This document shows positions 1 through 12,194 of a stretch of 64,000 bases of DNA, piece by piece. The notes beneath the pieces are model-generated. The model saw only the letters and a list, made by a program, of their open reading frames with translations. It was not told the origin of the DNA and made no database searches. The stretch lies in NCBI GenBank assembly GCA_951406725.2, contig OX597830.1, forward strand, positions 45,632,001-45,696,000, in the 5' to 3' direction. A program made the translations under genes and the position numbers. Within the stretch, counting starts at the first letter, position 1, and every line of letters starts with the position of its first letter. Origin of the DNA: Octopus vulgaris. Lineage: Eukaryota.

Positions 1-527
1 TGTCGAAAGACCGAGACCTCTGGAGATATGCTATGACTGCAAAGACTCAGCAAATAAAGTGAGTTCACAGCTGTATCCTACATCAGCCCCAGCCCATTCA
101 AAAGTACCTTGGGTCATAGGGCAAACTGCTGTGCTTGAAAAGACCTACAGAGTCAAGTACATCAACATCAAAATGAAAATCAAAAGGAAATAGTAGTTGT
201 GATACCCATGCCAGTGGCACGTAAAATGTACCATCCAAACATGGCCAATGCCAGCACTGCCTTGACTGGCTTCCGTGCCAGTGGCACGTAAAAAGCACCA
301 ACTGATTGTGGCTGTTGCTAGTCTCTTCTGTCTCCTGTGCCGGTGGCACATATAAAGCACCCACTACACTCACGGAGTGGTTGGCGTTAGGAAGGGCATC
401 AAGCTGTAGAAACTCTGCCAGATCAGACTGGAGCCTGGTGCAGCTTCCTGGCTTCTCAGACTCCAATTGAACCATCCAACCCATGGTAGCATGGAAAACA
501 GACGTTAAACAATGATGATGATGATGA
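1..527 (+). mobile_element. RTE LINE 3' end
   Basis: Reverse complement of 14199-14720; (ATG)n tail. Confidence 0.85.
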
Positions 528-561
528 TATATATATATATATATTTCTACAAAATTCTCAC

Positions 562-702
562 CTGGTTTTCAGGTTGCTTTGCTGGCTTCAATGGTAACTT
601 GGATGTCAGAGATTTAGGCTTTTGGTCGCCTTGATGCTTTGATTCACTCTTACTTTCCCATGTAGCTTTTGAGGATTTCTGATTACTTTTACAAACAGAT
701 TC
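562..702 (-). CDS. MARS1: MARS1 coding exon 7 (K/S/P-rich linker before the catalytic domain; gene continues beyond the window)
   Basis: TTGCAG|..CAG|GTGAGA, 141 nt, phase 0-0, open: ESVCKSNQKSSKATWESKSESKHQGDQKPKSLTSKLPLKPAKQPENQ; little homology, supported by splice signals and phase. Confidence 0.72.
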
Positions 703-1696
703 CTGCAATTATAGACAAAAATACGGCAAATATTGACTGTAAACTTCAGTTTTTACATAGTCTAAAGGCCAAACATTTAGTTTTTATACAGGGAAACTAA
801 TGTTTGTCAGCATGGCTTAGGGTATGATGTGGTCCGGAAGTTATTGTTTGAAGCGATCAATGCAGAAACAATCTTACGCAAAATGTAAACAAACACAAAA
901 TGGGGGTTCAAATTTCAGAAAATTTGTGAAGCAAATACTGGGTAATGCGTGGATTTAGTTTTTATACAGGGAAAATAATGTTAGTCAGCATGGCCTAGGG
1001 AACGATGTGGTCTGGAATTTATCACTTCCATACCATAACCAGGGCCGTATATTATTTTTTGACCGATTTCTTTAGTTCGGTCAAACTTACGGTGGATTCA
1101 AGTATTTCACTTTATTCCACCTTTATGGTACACCTGTTGTGCATTAAATTCAACTGATGATATAGTGATGTGCACAATTCTTCTTTATCAAAATTTTGTT
1201 GCATACCCATTTGAATATTAGCTGATGATTCATTTTCTATGGTGATGTTTAAACAAAATTTTAATATTTTTACCTTTTGCTCAATTTACCTGGATTTACC
1301 TGTAATTAAAGTCACTTTGAGACAAAAGTTATGCAATAGAATTGATTAAGAACCCTTTCTTTAATTATGTTCCAAATATCACATTAATATGTTGATAAGT
1401 AAAAAAGTTACAGTTATTTAATGAAACAAGCCTAGATTCATGATTATTTTAGAATTTAATTGAAACTCATGAGGGGTGTATTTTGGTCAGAAAAATAGTA
1501 ACGAAAGGGTTAATATTCAACGAGTGTTACAAGAATGCTAAGCTGGTAAAGAGTTTGTTTTAGTTTTTTTGTTGATTCAATTATAAAGTCAGAAGGAGAC
1601 AAAATATTCTTAATGAATATTAGAACAACTTTTCCCATGCTGGCACTCTAGTTTGTATATTTTCTAAGGGCTGATACCAAATAAAGACACAATTTA

Positions 1697-2456
1697 TCTC
1701 TCTCTATATATATAAAAGGCAGTTTGTCTGTCTGTGTGTCTGTCAGGTTGTACCCTCACCCTGACCACGGCTTTCAACCGATTCTGATGAAACTTGACAC
1801 ACACATAGCCCAATGTCATAATTCAAAACTATCGCAGTGAAAATTTTGAAAAGTTCCCCCAGTTTTGAAAAAAATCGATAAATTCAACATGGGGTCGAGA
1901 ATCTAAGCTTATCATATGCAACACATTTTCTGTTGTAGTTTTCGCAACTTGCAATCGATTTTCACCAAGCTCATGGTGAAGCTTAATGTTACCCTAAGGA
2001 ACTTAATTCTGACGTTAGTTTTCCATGCAATGCCTTACCATCAGAAAAAAATCGATAAAATCATGCCATTTTGGGAAATCGCGTTCAAATTCAAGATGAC
2101 ATATTTTCAACAATATCTTTAACAAATTGGCAGGAATTTTTTTTGAAATTCACAGCGAGTATCATGTCTGCTCCAAGGAGCTATATGGCCCTTTTGATTC
2201 CAATAGGACACGTTATTACTGGAAAAAACCGCAGAACTGGGTTGGGTGTGCTAAACAAAACCAGAAAATACACTTTGACTGCCATAGATTTTCTTCATGC
2301 ATGCAAGGGAACGGTGCCTTGAATGCCTTAATGCCTTTTAGACTTCATATTACAAAATAACAGTTCAATGAGTACAAAAAAGGGTAAAAAGGTAAAGGGC
2401 ATTGCTAATCGACAAAGTTTCTTACATACCCGGGCAACGCCGGGCTGTGCTGCTAG
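1697..2456 (+). mobile_element. Non-autonomous Helitron (MARS1 intron 6)
   Basis: A|TC start with TATATATAAAA and (TGTC)n, 3' hairpin CCCGGGCAACGCCGGG, terminal CTAG|T, no TSD. Confidence 0.8.
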
Positions 2457-2787
2457 TAGTAGATAAAACTAGGCTGACAGAAGGAGACCCAATAACACCT
2501 AGGAAGTGATGTTAACAACAAACCACCGAATGCTAAGTCCAAATTGTATATTTATACTAAGTTACATAACCCACGTTTTAGTTTTCTGACTGGAAAAATG
2601 TCAGCCCTCCAATGTTACTTCAATTATTTTTAAGACTAGTGTAATAATAGCAACAGCTTGTGAACAATCTGTGTAAGACCAACAGGGATTCTACTAAGAA
2701 CAATAACAGCCAAAATAGCCTTTATGCTACACTGGAGAGGGAACATACATGTCACAAATACTGTGAATAAGAAATAATAATGTTTAC

Positions 2788-2903
2788 CGTTAGAGCTACA
2801 GTCCTTTGACTGTCAGTCAGTTGATTAACTCCATCTTGAAAATCTTTCTTGCCAGACAAACATTTAAACCAGGACGACACTTTAGGATAATTTTTTTCCC
2901 AGT
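2788..2903 (-). CDS. MARS1: MARS1 coding exon 6
   Basis: CTTTAAG|..|GTAAAC, 116 nt; (D)WEKNYPKVSSWFKCLSGKKDFQDGVNQLTDSQRTVALT resembles the GST-C 'YP.L..WF..L' helix and MARS1 LSALHSWFQTLSTQ. Confidence 0.85.
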
Positions 2904-4194
2904 CTTAAAGAATAGAAAAAATTGAAAGAAAACAACCTTAAAACAACAGTTGAGTCGTTATTTTGAAACCGTGTCATTTAGCAATATTACCAGATTATAA
3001 AATTAATGTTTGTTGCTATTGTTTGACCCAAGTTCTGCTTTGAATTTTCATAGGTTTATGATTTAAAGCATTGTAACTGTAAACATCACATCTTTTTTCT
3101 ATGTCAAGGACTACACTGTCCAATGAGTCCTTCCTTTGTTCAAGGTAGTAGAGTGCATCTGATGTTTTGGCTGCTATTTCTAGTTAAATGTTCAAATCAT
3201 AAATAGTCTAAATTTTTTAAAATTATAGCTAGCACTTTCAACAAGCTCCAAAAGCCAAGATCTTGAAACTATAGCAACAACAAATTTCAAACTCTTCATT
3301 CCTTTGAAAAGTGTTTACTACTAGCGCCACGTGCAGGATTGAACCAGAGGAGTCCTCATTTCTAGTGACAGGACTCATATTCACTAGACATGAACTGGCT
3401 TTTAACAATGGCCATTTCTTTACCTCAGCTAATTATGATATTAGAAAAGAGAGAAGAGAGACTAGATCAACCTTTGACTCTTCTCTAATGTCGATATGCA
3501 ATTACAATAGAGAGGCTTGCTCAAGGATTATCATCAAACCATAACTCTGCTTCATTGCAATCTAAGATCAAAGACAGCTACAATCAACAGTGACAACTTT
3601 CAACTTTGAACACAGTTTATCAAGCTTCATATCCATTTTTCTGCTTTCTGATGCCAAGTTTGTATTGCCTGGCAAATATGATAGTACTTTTCATATTCCT
3701 TTAAGAATTGCCATATCATTTGTGGTCTTAATTCTTATGTCATTCATCAGACAATATGAATGTAAAATAAATTAAATGCCCAATTTTTCAATTTTCTGGT
3801 TGACATGATTTTCTGACAGAGTAAAATCATTTATCCTACAAATGTTGTATCTGCCATCATTTTAATAATTCTTATTATTTCTCATGGTTATTATCAATCC
3901 CATGCTAAACAAATAGACAAACTCTTCTGTGCAAAAGACACTTTCAAATATAAATATTACACAGAGAATATTTACTTGAAAACGTTTAGCATTTACATGA
4001 ATTCTTGTAAACAAGCAATAATGTGTGTCAAATGGTTTCTAAAATTGAGACAGTCTCAGGATATAAGGAAACAGTTGAGGCAAAATTTGAAATTATGTCT
4101 GATGAGCCTTAATTCTAACAACTGGTTTAAAAATTAAGTTTTAAATAATGGACACTGTGGTTAGGTCAAAGTAGATTTCAAACCTTTAACATAC

Positions 4195-4270
4195 CTTTAA
4201 TGATATCTGTTTGATTGAATACATGATACAATGTTGACCAAACTGTGACATCAGCAGCGGTCATTTGGCC
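4195..4270 (-). CDS. MARS1: MARS1 coding exon 5
   Basis: TTTTCAG|..|GTATGT, 76 nt; GQMTAADVTVWSTLYHVFNQTDIIK carries the GST N-capping box (T-x-A-D), similar to MARS1 ETESLADIVLWGALY. Confidence 0.88.
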
Positions 4271-5396
4271 CTGAAAAGAATATACATTTGTTTGTATGTA
4301 TGTGCTAAAAGAATATATATATATATATATATAGGTTTGTATGTATGTATGAATGTATGTGCTAACTTTGTTAAAATAAGGTTATCATTTTGATGCAATT
4401 TAAGAAAACAATGAAACAATTACTAACAGGATGATTCTATACTGAGAATACAATCAAATTTCTTATAAAGTCCCAGCCAACTTGATCTCCACAAGAGTAA
4501 AGAAGAGAGACAGAGACAGGAAGTAACAAGGAAAATGCCCCTTGTATTTGAATACTAAGCAAATATTCTTTTAAAAAACTGCTCATTTTATTTTTCCCAA
4601 ATTTAATTGTTTTCCATACTTAGAATTGAAAAAGTCTCAATGACTGAAACTAAAATGTTTTTTATGATAAAATTATTTTTGCATTTTCTACCTTGACTTT
4701 TTTTTCTTATATTCGCTGCTAACACTTAAATGTCTAAATCTATTTACTAACTGCTTGTTTTTTCATGAGCTAACTGTTGATATTGTCCCCCAAAATATAA
4801 TCTTTTAATTTTAGTCCTATCTCGTAAAGCTTATTATGATAATTATTCGTCCCTGTATGATGATACTTTGTTCGTTCTCTATGATATTGTTTCTTCAAAC
4901 CCCGATTGCTTAATTCTTCTCATTCCTAGTTCCATATCTCTGACGCTTTGTCCCCAATCAAAACTTCACCACCTTCTTCACTTGCCTCTCTCTTTCTCTG
5001 CTACTCTTTACAACAACTTGTCTATTTCTGTCCCTCATACTCAAACCCCTCGTGTCATCTGGCACAAAGCCGCCACCTCTCAATAACACACCCCCTCCTA
5101 GTCAAAGGGGTCTTGTCTTGTAAATTATTTGGTCACTCGACTGCTGCAAGTGTGGAATTCTTGCTTACATCGTTTCTACATATCAAGCATGGCCATTTAT
5201 CTGAAATGGGGAGGGTCCTGTCTGCTGTTTCCTGCTTACTATAAAACCTTAATCTTTGCCAAGTTCACTTTAAGGCCTTTCCAATCTAGCTTCTGTTTCC
5301 ATACCTGCAATTTCTTTCCCAACTCTGTTACACACTCTGCCATGAGAGCAAAACCATCAGCAGATATTCTTTATTATTATTATTCAGTTTACTTAC

Positions 5397-5537
5397 TTTC
5401 ACAAGGTTGTTATCGTTTCTCTTCAGCTTCTCCTCCATATACTTCAGGTGAGAGTGAAGCAAAGCCAAATTTGGACCGTTGTCTTCTTTAGAAACATTCT
5501 TTCCACTGGCAATTGATATTATATCCTTTACAGTAGA
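5397..5537 (-). CDS. MARS1: MARS1 coding exon 4
   Basis: TTTCCAG|..|GTAAGT, 141 nt, phase 0-0, open: STVKDIISIASGKNVSKEDNGPNLALLHSHLKYMEEKLKRNDNNLVK (GST-C helices). Confidence 0.85.
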
Positions 5538-5707
5538 CTGGAAATAAAATGGTGAGAATTTTACAGTGAAATTAATATAATAACTGCTGTTGTTTCTTAT
5601 TACTGTCTACAATTATAGTGAAATTGGTAAGAGAATCTGCTCTCACTAGTTTCTTATTGAGTTTGAAATGGAAAAAATTCCCTAACTTTCTAATCTAATA
5701 ACAATAT

Positions 5708-6565
5708 GATCATCCTTTAACGTCTGTTGTCCATGCTGGCATGGGTTGGACAGTTTGACCAGGGCTGGCAAGCAGGAAGGCTGCACCAGTCTCCAGTCTG
5801 ATTTGGCATGGTTTTCTATGGCTGGATGCCCTTCCTAACGCCAACCACTCCGAGAGTGTAATGGGAGCTTTTATATACCACTGGCACAGGTGCCATTTGC
5901 GTGACACCAGTATATGCCACGACTGCAATTTTATTCGGCTTGTTGGGTCTTCTTCTCAAGTATAACATAATGTCAAAGGTCTTGTTCATTGCTTCCGTGA
6001 AGCCCAACGCTCAAAAGAAACTCAGCCACTTTGCCTCCATGAGGCCCAACGCTCAAAAGGAACTCAGCCACTTTGCTTCCATGAGGCCCAATGCTCCAAC
6101 AGTGCTCTTTACATGCCAATTACATGACACCAACACCAGCCATGACTACGATTTCACTTGGCTTGACGGGTCTTTTCAAGCACAGCATATCACCAAAGGT
6201 CACATTCACTACTCATTGCTTCTGTGAGGCCCAAAGTTCAAAGATCATGCTTCACCACCTCATCCCATGTCTACCTCTACCACAGATTCCCTCTACAGTT
6301 AGAGATTGGCATTTCTTTACACAGATGCACTCGTTCATACGCATCACATGACCATACGAGCACAGTCGTCTCTCTTGCACACCACATCTGATGCATCTTA
6401 TGCCCAACTTTTCTCTCAAGATGCTTACACTCTGTTAAACATGCACACTTGACATTGCACATCCAGTGAAGCATACTAGCTTCATTTCACAGTCCATTTT
6501 TAAGCATCTCAGCAGTGATTCCAGATGGACCGGGGGCTTTCCCTGTCTTCATCTCCTTAATTGCT
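5708..6565 (-). mobile_element. RTE LINE 3' fragment with internal 42-bp tandem repeat
   Basis: ..MLHWMCNV..RRLCSYGH-like remnant, shared 3' tail; ~2.5 copies of a 42-bp unit at about 5990-6095. Confidence 0.8.
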
Positions 6566-7223
6566 GTACCATATATTGAGATAAGAAAGACCTAAATGCT
6601 AATTAAATAAGGTCTGACCCACGTTACAGAACAAACACATTCTGCAGGAACAGATTCCATTGTATATGGAGAGTCTTTCTACATTTTTTTTTCACCACCT
6701 CTATTTTTCGTAACTGGACAATGACCATATTGGAGATGGACAGTCACCACTGATTAACAAGAGAGAGACTGCCTAAGATGATGAATATAGACATTAAGTC
6801 TACATGAATTTATGACTACATGTAGAAAGACATATGTAGACATGCTGGTGAGGCAAATAAATTCAGTGAACAGAGTTATTTCATCATGGAACTGATTTGT
6901 AGAAGTGGTTGGGAAACATTTCAAATGCTACACACATGATGAGCGGGTGGTGTATTGCCTCAGTCACCTACCAACAAATGGGACCCTCTACACTGTTGAT
7001 TGATTTGCAACATGTAACAGCCAAGTCTCCTTTAATTCACACCATATCCTCTTAAAAATGGGAAGATACATTGGATTATATGATCCTAGATACACTATGT
7101 CTGAATAAAAGATGAGGTGATGATCTTTGATGATAGGGCTAATCAATTAGGTTAAATAACTGACCAACCATAAAGAAAGCCTTCATGTTATCATCAAATA
7201 TTTCTTAAAGGAAAGACACACTG

Positions 7224-7425
7224 TCTGGCACCTGTGCGGGTGGCACGTAAAAAGCACCCACTACACTCACGGAGTGGTTGGCGTTAGGAAGGGCATCCAG
7301 CCGTAGAAACACTGCCAGATCTGACTGGGCCTGATGAAGCCTTCCAGCTTCACAGACCCCAGTTGAACCATCCAACCCATGCTAGCATGGAGAATGGACG
7401 CTAAATGATGATGATGATGATGATG
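7224..7425 (+). mobile_element. Short RTE 3' end with 6-bp TSD, inserted into an older short repeat
   Basis: ACACTG at 7218-7223 and 7426-7431; (ATG)n tail. Confidence 0.85.
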
Positions 7426-9112
7426 ACACTGGAGAATAAAGTCTCTAACATACAAAAAGAGATGATGATCATGGCTGGAACATCTTTATTCGTACATCAG
7501 TTTGACCAAACTGATTTGAGATTAAAAACTCTACACTATATCATGAAGAAAATTTCTATAAAATAATATACACACATTGTATTCTTTGAAAAATGGGGCT
7601 CAAAGAGGAGAGAATAATGAAGAGAAGAGGAACAAAGGAAATATACACAGACAGTTGATAGGAAATGCCATTAATAACTGACCATCTTTGGGCATCCAAC
7701 CAGAAAGATTGACCTATGCCAACAAAAAAGAAACAAAAACAACCCATGCAATATATATACATACATATGCATATATGGGTACAGGAGGTCACCAACAGTA
7801 AACAACATGAAATAAAAAAAACAAATGTGTTCTATAGACAAATGAGAAACAAATGGAAAACAGGACAAGTAACATAAAGAACGACCCTTCATCAGTTGTC
7901 GGCTGTCTATCTCCTCATTTCAAGGACTGAATGACAAAATGAGTCTTCGAAGACAGTTGCTCCCATAAGTACCAAAAAAATTTTGGATTTACGGAGGGTC
8001 AAATTTGGGAACAAAAACAGGACAGTGGAGACATACAAGAGAACCGAATGATATCATAGGATTTTTGAGAATTTTCAGAGGCAGCAAAGTTTTCTGCCAG
8101 TGAACAGATAGCAGTTTCAAGTAACAAAAACTCTGATACCATATTACAAAAAATTATTGAAGTGAAGTTGACAGTGTTTGAGTGTTTGTGAATGGTTGAC
8201 TTGTATCTTCCACACTTCAGTTTCACTTCAGATTCAGCAGACAATCTCAGTTCAAAACACTTGCCATGCAAATTCATCTCCAGAATATACAGAAACTCTT
8301 TTGCAAACAAATACGCATTATCAACAAAACAGAACACAATTACAACACCCAGCCATCTTCCGTATCTAAACTTAACACCATCTGATATGTTACTAATACC
8401 TAAGAACTGAAGTAGTTGGGAATAAGGAATCTCTCTCTTACTCCACAAAACCACCTGAAACCTACAAGAATAGAAGAAGACTGAGAACCACTTAACCTGG
8501 ACAGAATCCATGTTGCCATGGAAAAACCTTAAAAGTGAATGCTAAATAGCAAGATGCTCTTAATGGAAGGGAAGAGAATGTGGTCAGACACTGACCAGAG
8601 AGAAACTTCTCTCGGGTAACTTCTGATTATAACTGAATCTTACTTAACAAATAACAAGGCAAACTAAAGAATAATAAATTCACAGTAACTAATACAGTAA
8701 CAACAGCTGCAGCTGCTACTACTACTACTGTTGCTGTATAATAACAAAGTAATATATTCTATGAAACATAAAACCACAGTAAAAACTAACAGCTTTATTC
8801 TATCCACCAATATAAGGGACATAACAATACGCCAATAACGCAACCTCTATGCAATCATTTGAGCTGTAAGGTGTAACTCTGACCCAAGTTTCATTGAAAT
8901 CCTACTCTACAGTCATCTTAGAAAAAAACGTAAAGTTACACTGGACAACTTAAATATAAAAAAAAGGACAGGATGGTCAAGGCTGGAACAGTCATGATCA
9001 CAGGCTGGCTCACTGGCTTCGGAGTAAACAAACAATAATAACTAAAATCCATATTTCTATCATTATCTATTTTAGAAAAATATGAAGAAATGAATTGAAA
9101 ACGAAGACATAC

Positions 9113-9203
9113 CTGTAATTGACAGGCTTCCCATTGAAGCCACATATCTACCTGGGTATCAATATTAGCATCATTTAGAACAACATCTCCGCTGAGCAGA
9201 TAT
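9113..9203 (-). CDS. MARS1: MARS1 coding exon 3
   Basis: TTCACAG|..|GTATGT, 91 nt; YLLSGDVVLNDANIDTQVDMWLQWEACQLQ resembles MARS1 [26 protein letters not shown]. Confidence 0.9.
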
Positions 9204-10185
9204 CTGTGAAGACAATGGAGAGAATTTGTTTCCGAAAAGAAAAAAAAATATCAATAATTATTAAGACAACTATAACTGACTACAAAAAGATATCTAAGAA
9301 CTATTCGCATTACAAATGGAATGGGTAGAGAAAAGCATAGCACCTGGGACAAGTGTCTTTTATCATAGCCTCTAACTGGTCTTGTGGAATTTAGCAGACA
9401 CAAATTATGCAGAAGCATGTATGTGAGTTTGACTTGTTAAGGATGCACGTATTAAAAAGAAAACCCCAAAACTATTACACTTTGATAAAAGGTCTTTGTA
9501 ATGTCTGTTCAGCACCAAATTGCATACAAACCGTTTGTCACTCGCACTGTCAGAAATGCAGTGGACAAGTTGGAATCTCCAAACCTCTCTGGCATAATGG
9601 CTGGCTTTATCTCAGCTCTGACAGACAGCAATGCTTCAGGCTATAGATTCAACTTGAGATAGCAGCTAGACTTAGGTGGAAAATACTAATGTGACAAAGT
9701 AGAGGTTAATCTGTATCTATTAAGGAAGAGACATTCCTCATTCTAGTCTCAAAGAGTTAAACAAAAGGCACAGATATATATTCTGCTTGACAGTTCAGTT
9801 GACATTAAAGTACTGACTTAAAAATCACTGGTCACAACAAGAAAAAATAGTTTCACAATCAACTTTTATTTTTCCCTCTAGTTAGTATAGGTCAAGGAGG
9901 ACTACCATCAACCAGAGCTTGTGTAGGTTCTCACTAAATAAGAGAGCTTAATGCAGTCAAAAAAAGTCAGCTTTAACTTGTGTAGGTTAACCCTATCTAG
10001 GAGATATAGGCACATGCAGGATGGCAGAAGACCACAGTCCTGGGAAGTAGAATTGAGTAAAGTGTTTAACATGGAGTTCAGAAGAAATGACAAGAGAAGA
10101 GAAAGATGCATCAAGTAGCATCAAGTTTACGAAGTAAAAGAAAAAAAGGACAAATGGGGACGACTTTCTATTTATTGAATATTAC

Positions 10186-10276
10186 CTGGTGGCTGAGTTT
10201 GCTGAAAACAAGAAATCATCTTTAGCCAGTTCCAAGACTGGCAGTTGCGTTTTTGACAAATAAGGAACAATTCTTT
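10186..10276 (-). CDS. MARS1: MARS1 coding exon 2
   Basis: TTTGCAG|..|GTAATA, 91 nt; (E)RIVPYLSKTQLPVLELAKDDFLFSANSATR resembles recalled human MARS1 [32 protein letters not shown]. Confidence 0.9.
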
Positions 10277-10720
10277 CTGCAAATGAATGAAACGATGCAT
10301 TAGATAATTTAAATGACAAAACAACAGAATAAATCTGTTTCTTTATTACCCACAAGGGGCTAAACATAGAGGGGACAAACAAGGACAGACAAACAGATTA
10401 AGTCGATTTTATTAACCCTAGTGTGTAACTGGTACTTAATTTATCGACCCTGAACGGATTCGCCCGGCATGCTAACAATTCTGCCAAATGACAAAGCAAC
10501 AGGGAGAAATAAGTAAAAAAAAAAAAAACACAATTAGAAATCAATAATGCCCAGTAAGGGAAACTAAAAAGCAGCCTCAAAAGCTGTTTTTTCCACTCAA
10601 AACTTTGGCCTCAGAACTGAAATGGCCATTGCTGTTTCATTTAATAAGATTGTAATTTTAATTACTGCTTATTTTTCATGGCGGCAAAAGACACACAGAA
10701 ACAAATACAAATATATAGGT

Positions 10721-10915
10721 GCAGGCATGGCTGTGTGGTAAGAAGTTTGCTTCCCAAACACATGGTTCACGGTTCAGTTCCACTTGCATGGCACCTTGGA
10801 CAAGTGTCTTTTGCCATATCCTTGGGCCAACCGAAGCCTTGCGAGTGGATTCGGTAGACAGAAACTGAAAGACGCCCATTGTACATATGTGTGTGTCTTT
10901 GTGTCTGTGTTTGCC
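10721..10915 (+). mobile_element. tRNA-derived SINE
   Basis: A-box-like TGGCTGTGTGG, B-box-like GGTTCAGTTCC, CCTTGGACAAGTGTC core; other copies at about 38785-38920 (-) and 37020-37680 (-). Confidence 0.7.
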
Positions 10916-11800
10916 CCCACCCTCAACACCACCACTTCCTTAATGGTACTTGCTATTATTTACAAATCAGTATATTTATAGTTGTTTTTTTTTTTTAATA
11001 ACTACAAAATCTTTTATTCAAAATATGAACAACAGGAATATATTTAACAAAAGAAAAACAAGAAAAAAAACCCAAAACATCAATGCAGTACCAAGTGCTT
11101 CAATCAGTCAGACAGCACAGGGTTCAAAGGACCCTACTGAAGCAAGCCAAGCACACTCGCAGCATTATCAGGGGCGATGGCAAGGCTAAGGTGATGAAAA
11201 AGCCAAGCACCCTCACGGACATCACCTGATACATTGGTAAAGCAAGATGAAATGATGCTGAGGTAAAAAATTCTTCAACTGCAAGGATCCAGAAACATAA
11301 ATACTATTCATACATCGAACTACATTTAAAGCCACCACAAACTATTCTAACTGAAATAATTTGAATTTATTAGACCATGACCCTCAGATTAAGAGATATT
11401 TAAGTTCATTTCAGATATAGCATGCATAAGGCATAAGATGAGACTTTTAGTTGATGCCATATTTAAAAACCAGACAAATAATGTCTGTATGTAAAAATAG
11501 TGAACCTGGACTTGGAATCAATCAAAGAATACACTATATGACATGGAAACACTAAAAAAACTGAACTGCTTACCATTCGGTAAGCTTTTTGCTTTAATTG
11601 CTCACATCCTCTCAACTCGTAAACCAACCCAACACAACTTGCTGTTGTTATCAATTACATATGCCATTAAAGAAATGCAATTTTGCAGGGAGCAAAGGAA
11701 TTGCCTCTCTCCATAAGTTATTATCAAACATGAAAACAATAATGATGGTCCCCGTCCTGGAAAAGTGTGAAAACATTATGATCTGGATAATCCTTGGAAA

Positions 11801-12194
11801 TCTTTATATATAAAAGTGAAGTTGTGTGTCTGTCTCCTACGATTTAGATTCCTTACTCCCACATTTTGCGGTGCAGTTTAACCAAAACCGGGTATCTTAT
11901 AGTCGTGATTCATATCGAGCCCTTCTGGGTATTAGCTCGCGTCTACGATGAGTCTACGATTTAAAAAACAATTTACTATCATTTTTTCCATTTTAATGCA
12001 TTTTTTCGCTATTATATAAGGGAAGTAACTCTCTAAAAATGTCTACGATGAGTCAACGATTTTTTAAAAAATTTACCATCATTTTTTTTCCATTTTTAAT
12101 ACAATTTTTTGCTACTTTTTCGCTATAACTCTCTAAAAATGATTATATAGTTATTTCCCTTACAAACCCGAGCAACGCCGGGCGATACTGCTAG
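11801..12194 (+). mobile_element. Non-autonomous Helitron (MARS1 intron 1) with internal ~100-bp tandem duplication
   Basis: A|TC...CCCGAGCAACGCCGGGCGATACTGCTAG|T; 11941-12040 is repeated at 12041-12140; same family as 37128-37640. Confidence 0.85.

Noticed and set aside
98-484. Recurring ORF family (..RLQSDLA.FLQLDALPNANHS.SVVGAFYVPP..) also at 14154, 15281, 24988 and 39031
   Set aside because: Antisense translation of the RTE 3' UTR; not a gene family
5990-6095. Repeat array superficially like CRISPR
   Set aside because: Head-to-tail 42-bp tandem units with no unique spacers, inside a eukaryotic LINE; no cas genes
7999-8511. Longest ORF in the track (170 aa, minus strand, inside MARS1 intron 3)
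   Set aside because: No recognisable domain or splice-compatible frame; lies in repeat-like sequence
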